From contig CAZJIP010000004.1 of NCBI GenBank assembly GCA_964546105.1, forward strand, positions 3,633 to 37,210: a stretch of DNA of 33,578 nt, given 5' to 3'. The translations under genes were made by a program, and so were the position numbers. Of this stretch, positions 1 to 7,364 are shown in pieces. Every line of letters starts with the position of its first letter. Position 1 is the first letter of the stretch. Source of the stretch: an uncultured Methanomassiliicoccales archaeon (lineage in GTDB: Archaea > Thermoplasmatota > Thermoplasmata > RBG-16-68-12). The notes under the pieces were generated by a model that worked only from the letters and a program-made list of their open reading frames with translations, did not search any database and was not told the origin of the DNA.

Positions 1-82
1 TCGCGAGGATGGTCTTCCCGTCCTCCAAGAGGACGGCCCTCGTGCTCTTCGCGCCGACATCGATTCCCGCGGTAACCGTCAA
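1..82 (-). CDS. Partial CDS, 5' end only: second ATP-dependent activator subunit (BcrA/BcrD/BadFG ASKHA family), probably benzoyl-CoA reductase subunit D
   Basis: Not in the ORF track. TTG at 82 with GGAGG at 90-94 (minus strand). It reads MTVTAGIDVGAKSTRAVLLEDGKTILA, carrying the GIDvG phosphate-1 motif, and runs off the window edge. Confidence 0.8.
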   Translation of the reverse strand, partial: MTVTAGIDVGAKSTRAVLLEDGKTILA

Positions 83-95
83 CGCAGCGCCTCCA

Positions 96-902
96 TCAGA
101 CCACCACGGAGGCCGTCGCCTTCTCGAGGGCGAACTGGGCCGCGCCGAGGGCCCCGCAGAACATCGTGAGGGGATCGACGTTCAGCAGGACCCCGAGCTG
201 CTCCTCCAGACACCTCTTCATCCCGCGGTTGAGGGAAACGCCCCCGGTGAACGTTAGCTCCGGTTCGATGCCAACCCGCCGCACGAGCCCGATCGCCCGG
301 CTCGCGATGGCCGCGTGCACGCCGTAGAGGATGTCCTCGAGGCGGTGTCCCCAGGCGAGCTGCTCCTGGGTCTCCATTTCGGCGAAGACCGCGCAGGTGC
401 TGGAGATCTTGACCGGTTGCGTCGACTGGAGGGAGATGTCGCCTACTTCGGCGAGGCTCAGCCCCAGCGCCCGCGCCGCGCCCTCGATGAACCGCCCCGT
501 CCCCGCGGCGCACTTGTCGTTCATGCAGAAGTCCACCACGTCGCCGCGGCCATCGATCCGGATGGCCTTTGTGTCCTGCCCTCCCATGTCGAGGACCGTC
601 CGCGTCTGGGGAAAGAGGAAGTGAGCCCCCCTGGCATGACAAGCGATTTCCGTGACCTGGGCCTTACCGAACGTAATCTTGTAGCGGCCATATCCGGTGC
701 CGACGGCGAAGGCGACGTCCGCTTCCCCGAGGCCGGCCTTCTCGAGCGCGTCGGCATAGACCTTCTTCGCCGCGGCCAAGATGTTCACGCCGGTCATGTC
801 GATCGCCGTCGCGACGAGTTTTCCGTGATCGTCCACGACCGCCGCCTTCGTGTAGGTCGAGCCCGCGTCGACCCCCGCGAACCACGAACCCTGCCTGGGC
901 AT
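96..902 (-). CDS. ATP-dependent electron-activator subunit of benzoyl-CoA reductase (BcrA/BadF-like, single ASKHA module)
   Basis: Motifs GVDAGSTYTK, GTGYGR, TEIACHARGA, DMGGQDTK, MNDKCAAGTG, STCAVFAE and FTGGV. Start reassigned to the ATG at 902, which has GGAGGT upstream and lies just after the bcrB stop. Confidence 0.88.
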   Translation of the reverse strand: MPRQGSWFAGVDAGSTYTKAAVVDDHGKLVATAIDMTGVNILAAAKKVYADALEKAGLGEADVAFAVGTGYGRYKITFGKAQVTEIACHARGAHFLFPQTRTVLDMGGQDTKAIRIDGRGDVVDFCMNDKCAAGTGRFIEGAARALGLSLAEVGDISLQSTQPVKISSTCAVFAEMETQEQLAWGHRLEDILYGVHAAIASRAIGLVRRVGIEPELTFTGGVSLNRGMKRCLEEQLGVLLNVDPLTMFCGALGAAQFALEKATASVVV

Positions 903-906
903 GGCC

Positions 907-2178
907 TCAGGACCTCCCGCGCACGGAGAGCGTCTCGAAGAACGCATCCACGCGGTTCCTCGTCTGGGCCTCGCTGAAGTATCTCGGATCCACGTGGTCG
1001 GATTCGATGAGCAGGGTGGGGATGTCGCACTCCTTCGCGAGGTACTCCCGGATGTCCCCCTGGCCCATGGAGAAGGACCGGCAGCTCTTGATCGAGTGGA
1101 TCACGACACCGTCCGCGGCATAGTCCCGCACGTAGCGCTCGATGAGATGCGTCCGCAAGGGCATGTTCCAGTTGCAGTACGCATGGATCATGTACTCGGC
1201 GAGGGACTCCATCGGCCTCGCCGGATCGAGTCGGAAGGAGCCGGTGTCCACCATCCCCGCGACCTTAGGATACGTGGAGGCCACGGCCCGCGCGTTGTGT
1301 TCTCTGAAGAGACCCCAGAAGCGCTTGAAGAAGGGATAGTTGGGCACCCCTTCGAAGACGAGGCGATACCGCTCCTCCGCCGTCGGGCCCACGCCGGCCT
1401 CGGCCCGTCGCTCGAGTTCATCGAGCAGGGTGCGGTAGAAGCCGACGCATTCCTCGCTCCCCCGGGCGAATGTGATGGGCGCCATGTAGTAGATGGACTC
1501 AAAGTACGCGTCGAACGGGGTGGGCCGCCGCTTCCCCATCTCGAGGCAACGGCGCCACAATTCCCAGGCCTTGGCCGACCGCCCGATCGACTCCCTGAGT
1601 CGCTCCTCGTCCAGGCGCCGGCCCGTGAGCTTCTCGAGCCGGCCGACGAACTCCCAGAGCTGCGCGGCGACATAGTCGATGTCGTGCTTTGGAACCCCGC
1701 CCTCGTAGTCCCGCAGGTAGGGGATATCTAGCACGAAGATCGGCGCGCCCGTCCGGTAGTGGAGCTGCTCCCACCAGTGGATGTAGATCTGGCAGCCCGA
1801 GTAGGAGAGGAGGAGGACGTCGGGCTTCGGGACCGGCCCGATGACCGTCTGGACGTTATCCATAGCCGCGGCGATGCCCATCTTCACGTACCCGCAGGCA
1901 TCCGTGGAGTAGCCCGCCTCCTCCGCGAGCGCGATGAGGGGCGGGGCGCCGCCGCGGTAGGAGATGTTGAGCGAGGTGATCTCCGGATACAGCGGCAGGA
2001 TGTCGAAGGCGCTCAGGATCTCGATGGGGTTCGCCATGACGAACGCATAGCCGATCTTCCGCGAGCCACGGACCGCGGGATTGGAGAGGGATTCCATGTA
2101 GGCCTTGATGAGGTCGCCCTGGAGGTGCTTCGCCCGGTCGAACTCAGGCGGGACGGGCGCCGAGGCGGTCGCTGCCAT
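907..2178 (-). CDS. bcrB: Benzoyl-CoA reductase subunit B (2-hydroxyacyl-CoA dehydratase family, Thauera BcrB-like)
   Basis: AEEAGYSTDACGYVK, PDVLLLSYSGC, HSIKSCRSFSMGQ and IESDHVDPRYFS match BcrB signatures as I recall them. Clustered with the activators and dch/had/oah. Confidence 0.85.
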   Translation of the reverse strand: MAATASAPVPPEFDRAKHLQGDLIKAYMESLSNPAVRGSRKIGYAFVMANPIEILSAFDILPLYPEITSLNISYRGGAPPLIALAEEAGYSTDACGYVKMGIAAAMDNVQTVIGPVPKPDVLLLSYSGCQIYIHWWEQLHYRTGAPIFVLDIPYLRDYEGGVPKHDIDYVAAQLWEFVGRLEKLTGRRLDEERLRESIGRSAKAWELWRRCLEMGKRRPTPFDAYFESIYYMAPITFARGSEECVGFYRTLLDELERRAEAGVGPTAEERYRLVFEGVPNYPFFKRFWGLFREHNARAVASTYPKVAGMVDTGSFRLDPARPMESLAEYMIHAYCNWNMPLRTHLIERYVRDYAADGVVIHSIKSCRSFSMGQGDIREYLAKECDIPTLLIESDHVDPRYFSEAQTRNRVDAFFETLSVRGRS

Positions 2179-2209
2179 GGACTTCCGTCGCTTCCCTGAT
2201 CCCTATGGC

Positions 2210-2241
2210 GTCCAGGTAGACTTCTATCTTTACGTCTGGAC
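2210..2241. promoter_or_regulatory. Imperfect inverted repeat, candidate repressor operator
   Basis: GTCCAGGTA-N12-TACGTCTGGAC lies immediately downstream of the TATA box and spans the expected transcription start. Confidence 0.4.
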
Positions 2242-2257
2242 TTATATAAATCGCTTC
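2242..2257 (-). promoter_or_regulatory. Archaeal BRE/TATA promoter of the bcrB operon
   Basis: The minus strand reads GAAGCGATTTATATAA about 65 nt upstream of the bcrB ATG, an AT-rich island in GC-rich DNA. Confidence 0.7.
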
Positions 2258-2289
2258 CACCCAGCCTGGACCACGGGACCCGGCGCCCC

Positions 2290-3063
2290 TCACTTGTGCT
2301 TCCACGCCGGTTTCCGCTTCTCCAGGAAGGCGTTCAGGCCCTCAAGGGCGTCCTCCGTTCGCATGAGCTCCGTCAGGTAGCGGCGGGAGGAGGCCTTCAC
2401 CGCCTGTTCCCATCCGAGGGAGAGTCCCTTGAGAGAGGCCTGCTTCGCGAGCTGAAGCACCACCCGGCTCTTTGACGTCAAGGAATCTAGGAGGGCGCGA
2501 TGTGCGGCTCCGAGCTCCGCCTCGGCGTGCACGGAGGTCACGAAGCCCAAGGACGCGGCCTCCTCCGAGGTCAGGGTTCTCCCGGTGAGCACGAGGTCGT
2601 ACGCCCGGTGCAGCCCCACGAGGCGAGGATAGAGAGCGGCGGCGACCGGCGGGAACACGCCCACTGAGACCTCGGGCTGGCCGAAGGTCGCCTTGTCACT
2701 CGCGAGCACGAAATCGCACGCCATGGCAAGCTCCATGCCGCCGCCGAGGCACTTGCCGCGCACGACCGCCACGGTGGGCCTGGGGAACGCGAGCACCTGG
2801 AGGACGAGCCGCTCCAAGCTCCCAATGAGCCGCTCGACCGTCGCAGGCAGATGCTCCCGCACATCGGCTCCCGCGCTGAAGACGCCCTCGATACCGGATT
2901 CCAGCACGACCACTCCCACCTCGCCCTCGCCGGCCAGCTGGTCGACCCGAGCCGACAACTCCTCCATCATGGCGAGGTTGAGGATGTTCAGCGGCGGCCT
3001 CGAGAGGACGAGGGATGCCACGGCGCCTTCCCTCCGAACCTGAACGAGCTCGGTGGGGGACAT
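2290..3063 (-). CDS. dch: Cyclohexa-1,5-diene-1-carbonyl-CoA hydratase (crotonase family)
   Basis: Crotonase motifs FSAGADVREH, CLGGGMELA and GQPEVSVGVFPP, which are Dch-like. Follows had in the operon. Confidence 0.8.
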   Translation of the reverse strand: MSPTELVQVRREGAVASLVLSRPPLNILNLAMMEELSARVDQLAGEGEVGVVVLESGIEGVFSAGADVREHLPATVERLIGSLERLVLQVLAFPRPTVAVVRGKCLGGGMELAMACDFVLASDKATFGQPEVSVGVFPPVAAALYPRLVGLHRAYDLVLTGRTLTSEEAASLGFVTSVHAEAELGAAHRALLDSLTSKSRVVLQLAKQASLKGLSLGWEQAVKASSRRYLTELMRTEDALEGLNAFLEKRKPAWKHK

Positions 3064-3071
3064 GGACGCTC

Positions 3072-4091
3072 CTAGGGGATGACGAGTTGCCGGCCCATGA
3101 CGGTGCCCGCCTCGAGCCTCGCGAGAGCCTCGTTGACCTGCTCAAGCCGGAGGCGGTCTCCGACGACCGGCTCGAGCCGGATCTTCCCCGCACGCACCAT
3201 CTGTAGGATGGCGGGGTAGTCCGTCGACCGACATCCCAAGGAACCCACGACGGACATTTCCCGGAACATCACGCGGTGGACCGCGAAGTTCCATGTCTCC
3301 TCGCTGTAGCCCACCGTGACCAACGTGCCCCCGGGGCGGACGGATCCGAATGCCTGGTCCAGCACCTGCGGCTTTCCGACGATTTCGAAGGCCGTGTCGA
3401 CACCGCCTCCGGTCATCTTCCGGATCGCCTTCGGCACGTCACCTTCCTTGGGGTTGAGCGCCTCCCTCGCGCCGAGCTCCCGTGCCAGGGCCAGCTTCTT
3501 CGGATCGATATCCACCGCGATGACCGTCGCGCCAAGTGCCGCGGCAATCTGGACCGCGTTGATCCCAACGCCCCCGCAACCGAAGATCGCGACCCAATCG
3601 CCGCCCTGGACATGGCCGCGGTTCCGGACCGCGTGAAAGGGCGTCGATACGGCATCCGAGATGACGGCGCTCTCCTGAAGCGGGAGTCCCTCCGGGAGCG
3701 GGATGAGGCCGCGGGCGGGGACCTTCAGGAACTCCGCGAACCCGCCGTCCGCGTGGTTGCCCGGCATGACCATCCGATCGCAGAGGTTGTCCCGTCCCCG
3801 CCGGCAGTTCAGGCAATCCCCGCACGAGAGGACCGCAGGGACGAGCACGGTCTGTCCGGGGGCCACAGACGCGACGCCTGGGGCGACGGCCTCGACCCAT
3901 CCTGAGACCTCGTGGCCGAGGATGAGCGGCGGCTTCTTGAAGGTCGGCGTCCCGTGCAGGTAGTGCAGGTCCGTCGCGCACACCCCGCAGGCCGCCACCT
4001 TGATGAGGGCGTCTCCGGCGACGAGCGTGGGCGTCTCGACCTCCTCAATCGTCAACGGCTTCCCGGGGCCTTGAAAGACGGCCGCCTTCAA
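3072..4091 (-). CDS. had: 6-hydroxycyclohex-1-ene-1-carbonyl-CoA dehydrogenase (Zn-dependent MDR alcohol dehydrogenase)
   Basis: Motifs ACGVCATD, LGHE, CGDCLNCRRGRDNLC, MPGNHADGGFA and GCGGVG. The true start is TTG at 4091, overlapping the oah stop (TTGA). The track's 426-aa version is over-extended. Confidence 0.82.
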   Translation of the reverse strand: MKAAVFQGPGKPLTIEEVETPTLVAGDALIKVAACGVCATDLHYLHGTPTFKKPPLILGHEVSGWVEAVAPGVASVAPGQTVLVPAVLSCGDCLNCRRGRDNLCDRMVMPGNHADGGFAEFLKVPARGLIPLPEGLPLQESAVISDAVSTPFHAVRNRGHVQGGDWVAIFGCGGVGINAVQIAAALGATVIAVDIDPKKLALARELGAREALNPKEGDVPKAIRKMTGGGVDTAFEIVGKPQVLDQAFGSVRPGGTLVTVGYSEETWNFAVHRVMFREMSVVGSLGCRSTDYPAILQMVRAGKIRLEPVVGDRLRLEQVNEALARLEAGTVMGRQLVIP

Positions 4092-5155
4092 GGGCTGGCC
4101 CCCGTCAGCTTGGCCCCGCACTTCAGGCAGTACTCCGAGGATTGGGGCAAATGGGCGGCGCCGCATTTCGGGCAGCGGCCACTGTAGGGGCCGTAGGGAT
4201 ACCGCGGATCCAGACCGCGGCCGATCTCCTCGCGGACGGCGCGGTACCTGCGCGGCCGCTTCTCGAGGAACGCGGAGAGGCCCTCCACGGGCTCGATGGA
4301 CCCGAGGTTCAGGGAGAAGAACTCCTTCGCGTGCTCCCAGGTGGGCCGCCACACGATGTCACGCCACCAGTTCATGTGGACCTTGAAGTAGTGCAGGCTC
4401 GTGGGCGAGAGGTCGAGCATCGCGTCAATCATCTCGCGCACCCTCGAATCCAGAGTGTCGAGCGACACCACGTCGTTCACGATCCCCCACTCGAGGGCTT
4501 TCCTCGCATCGATCTCCTGGCTCAGCATGACCAGCTCCGCGGTCCGCTTCAGGCCCATGTGGAGGGGCAGCCACTGGGACAGCCCGCCGATCGAGGTCAT
4601 CCCGACACGAGGACCCGGGGAAAGGAACCGCGCGTGGTCCGCGGCGACTGCGAGATCCGCGGCGGCCACGAATTCCAGGCCGCCTCCGGCCACCACGCCG
4701 TTGATCCGGCAGAGGACGGGCTTGCCGCAGTGAAGGATCGAGTCCAGGAACCGCCCGTAGATCTCCCCCCACTTCCACCAGTCGCTGGGCTTCTTCCCGT
4801 ACTCGTTGGCGTACTCGTCCGCGTTTCCTCCCGTGGAGAAGGCCTTGTCCCCGCTCCCGGTGAGAACGATGAACTGGACGTCGTCGTCCCACATCGCCCC
4901 GTCGAACGCGGAGATCAACTCCTTCAGCGTCGTGAGCGTGTAGGAGTTGTGTTGCTTGGGACGATCGATCGTTACCAGCGCCGTGTGGTCGTGCCAGCCC
5001 GTCTCGTAGCGGATTTCACGATAGGGCCCAGGACCGGCCGACTCCCCGTTTCCACCCTTCGTCATGGTTTGCTTCCCCGTGGGGCGGGCGCGGTCCTCTC
5101 CGGGCGATGGCGGCGCTTGACCCACAGCCCTGGCCTCGTCCGCGGGGATGGCCAT
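4088..5155 (-). CDS. oah: 6-oxocyclohex-1-ene-1-carbonyl-CoA hydrolase (ring-opening, Oah/BamA/BzdY family)
   Basis: Motifs NSYT, GDKAFSTGGNADEYA and KPVLCRING, plus the C-terminal zinc ribbon CPKCG...YCLKCG typical of Oah. The start may instead be the ATG at 5065. Confidence 0.85.
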   Translation of the reverse strand: MAIPADEARAVGQAPPSPGEDRARPTGKQTMTKGGNGESAGPGPYREIRYETGWHDHTALVTIDRPKQHNSYTLTTLKELISAFDGAMWDDDVQFIVLTGSGDKAFSTGGNADEYANEYGKKPSDWWKWGEIYGRFLDSILHCGKPVLCRINGVVAGGGLEFVAAADLAVAADHARFLSPGPRVGMTSIGGLSQWLPLHMGLKRTAELVMLSQEIDARKALEWGIVNDVVSLDTLDSRVREMIDAMLDLSPTSLHYFKVHMNWWRDIVWRPTWEHAKEFFSLNLGSIEPVEGLSAFLEKRPRRYRAVREEIGRGLDPRYPYGPYSGRCPKCGAAHLPQSSEYCLKCGAKLTGASP

Positions 5156-5262
5156 GATGCGTATTAGTCCTTGCTCCGCTCGCCCTAGCCGTTTCCCGCT
5201 TCGCGGCGGTCTGCGCGTCGCCCGGGCATCTTATATCGACCGCAACGCGTATCCGCTCTCCT

Positions 5263-6303
5263 ATGTCGCGCCCGAGATCGCGTCAGCCGACGGTCCGCAG
5301 ACTCCAGTTCATCAAGGGAGGGAGCCGGACCGTGACCATCCCCCGATGGTGGGTGACGCGCCATGATCTCTCCAAAGGCTCCCGCCTGTTCATGGCCGAG
5401 GACGGCACGTCCCTTCGGATTGCCCCCATCGACGTCCTGCGGGAGAGGCGGAAGGTCCGCATCAACCTGGACGCCCTGGAGGACACGAAGTCCGTCAAGT
5501 ACCGCGTGTGGACCTACTACATGCAGGGTGCCGACCAGATCGAGGTGAGGTCGGAGGGGACCATCCCGGCCGACGTCAAGCGCCCCCTCCGGGAAATCCG
5601 GCTGGACCTACCGGGGTTCGAGGTGCTGGCCGAGCACGGTCAATCGATCACCTTCTGCGTCCGGGGAGCGGACGAGCGAAGGCGCCTGGACGATCTCATC
5701 GGCGACATCCAGAGGATCGCGTTGTCCGTCCATGCGGACGGCATGAAGGCGGTTACGAGCGGAGACGCCTCACTGGCCGCCGAGGTGGTCACGCGGGAGG
5801 CGGAGATCCTGCGAAGCTACCGGGCTATGATCCGGAAACTCGCGCTCTGCAGCATGAATCCCGAGGCGGCTCATGAAAGCGGCGTAAAGGACAGCCGAGA
5901 ACTCATCACCTACGCCCTCCTCGCGCGCGACCTGAACCGAACCGTCTACCACGGCATCTACATCGCGCGACACATGACTAGGTTCAAGGGGAGCATTGAG
6001 CAGGGGATCGAGCGCATGCTCCGGTCCATGTCCGACGTCGCTCAAACCATGCAGACACTCGCAGTTGAAGCCTTCCTGGGGAGGGATTATTCGAAAGCCC
6101 AGCGGGTCATGAAGCTCATGACGCGCATCCGGAACCTCGACGACACCCTGAGCCTGCGAATCCTCAATCAGGCGAAAGACGTGAGGAAAGCCGTCACCGA
6201 AATGCTCATCGCTCGGGAGATCCGCCGCATCGCGGGGTACAGCGTCGCGATGGCTGATGCGACAGCCAACCGAGTCCTCTCCTCCGACACGGACGCAGGA
6301 TGA
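5263..6303 (+). CDS. Archaeal AbrB/PhoU-domain regulator (phosphate uptake regulator family)
   Basis: N-terminal AbrB-like RRLQFIKGGSRTVTIPRWWV, then YYMQGADQIEV and two helical PhoU repeats (REIRRIAGYSVAMAD). CTTATAT lies about 27 nt upstream, suggesting a leaderless transcript. Confidence 0.85.
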   Translation: MSRPRSRQPTVRRLQFIKGGSRTVTIPRWWVTRHDLSKGSRLFMAEDGTSLRIAPIDVLRERRKVRINLDALEDTKSVKYRVWTYYMQGADQIEVRSEGTIPADVKRPLREIRLDLPGFEVLAEHGQSITFCVRGADERRRLDDLIGDIQRIALSVHADGMKAVTSGDASLAAEVVTREAEILRSYRAMIRKLALCSMNPEAAHESGVKDSRELITYALLARDLNRTVYHGIYIARHMTRFKGSIEQGIERMLRSMSDVAQTMQTLAVEAFLGRDYSKAQRVMKLMTRIRNLDDTLSLRILNQAKDVRKAVTEMLIAREIRRIAGYSVAMADATANRVLSSDTDAG

Positions 6304-6356
6304 ACAAGGAGGCTCCGCGGCCTCCCGCCCGCAAACGGAGGCAACCGAACGGGAAC

Positions 6357-7364
6357 CTATGGTGGGGACGCGGCGCGAGCTTGCCGCCACAGCTCCGTCA
6401 GCGCCAAGCGAACGTACAGATGCGCAACCCGCTTCCGGTGGTAGGGAGTGAGGTCCGTATTGTCCATGGGTTTCACGGCCTCGAAGACGGCCTTTGCCGC
6501 CCTCTCGACGAGGTTGTCGCTGAGGCGGCTCCCGACCAAGACGCGCTCCGCTTCCCCGATCTCGATGGGGGACGGCGCCACCGCGCCCACTACGATCCGG
6601 ACGAAGTCGCATCGTCCGCTCGGATCAATCCGCGCGGCGACCGCCAGCCCGAGAACCGGGAAGTCGGTCGATCCGCGACGACGGAGCTTCAGGTACGTGC
6701 TGAGGAGCCCGCCGGGCGGAGGGAGGACTACCTCTGCCAGAATCTCGTCCGCGGTCTTGTTGAGGTGCGCGATCCCGTCGTCCCGGAAGAACCCCCGCAT
6801 GGGAATCGTGCGTTCTCCTCGAACGCTCACCAGCCGCACACGTCCTCCGAGGGCAATGGCCACCGGCGCAAGGTCCGACGAGGACACGGCCCAGCATCGC
6901 GTGCTCCCGGGCGCCACACGGCAGACGTCCCCGTCCTTCTTCAGGCAGAAATCGACGGCTTGCCTCCAGAGGTAGGACTGGTCATAGTAGTTGCAGCGGG
7001 TGTCCGAGCAGAGGTTCCCGCCGACCGTGGCCATGGCGCGGATCTGCGGGGTTGCCACGAGGCCGGCCGCTTGCTTCAGGGCAGGATATCCCGCCGCGAC
7101 GGTTTGGTCCTGGATGAGCTCCTGAAGCGTCGTCATCGCGCCGATCGTGAGGCCACCGTCTCTGTTCCGCCGGATCCCGCGGAGCTCCTGGACCCTGCGG
7201 AGGCTCACGACTGCCTTGGGCTCAACGAGCTTGCGCTTCATGGACGGGTACAGGTCCGTGCCGCCGCCCACGAAGGCAGCGTGCCCTCCCGGCTCGGCGA
7301 TGAGCCGGACGGCCTCTTGGAGTGTGCGAGGCACGTGGTGGTCGAAGCCCGGGAGCCGCAGCAT
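6357..7364 (-). CDS. hcrB: 4-hydroxybenzoyl-CoA reductase beta subunit (FAD, extra 4Fe-4S)
   Basis: Starts MLRLP. Motifs GGGTDL and ATVGGNLC are followed by the HcrB-specific Cys insert RCNYYDQSYLWRQAVDFCLKKDGDVCRVAPGSTRC. TAATG overlap with hcrA. Confidence 0.88.
   Translation of the reverse strand: MLRLPGFDHHVPRTLQEAVRLIAEPGGHAAFVGGGTDLYPSMKRKLVEPKAVVSLRRVQELRGIRRNRDGGLTIGAMTTLQELIQDQTVAAGYPALKQAAGLVATPQIRAMATVGGNLCSDTRCNYYDQSYLWRQAVDFCLKKDGDVCRVAPGSTRCWAVSSSDLAPVAIALGGRVRLVSVRGERTIPMRGFFRDDGIAHLNKTADEILAEVVLPPPGGLLSTYLKLRRRGSTDFPVLGLAVAARIDPSGRCDFVRIVVGAVAPSPIEIGEAERVLVGSRLSDNLVERAAKAVFEAVKPMDNTDLTPYHRKRVAHLYVRLALTELWRQARAASPP

Noticed and set aside
3072-4352. N-terminally extended 426-aa Had
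   Set aside because: The extension overlaps oah out of frame. A TTG start at 4091 gives a normal-length MDR enzyme.
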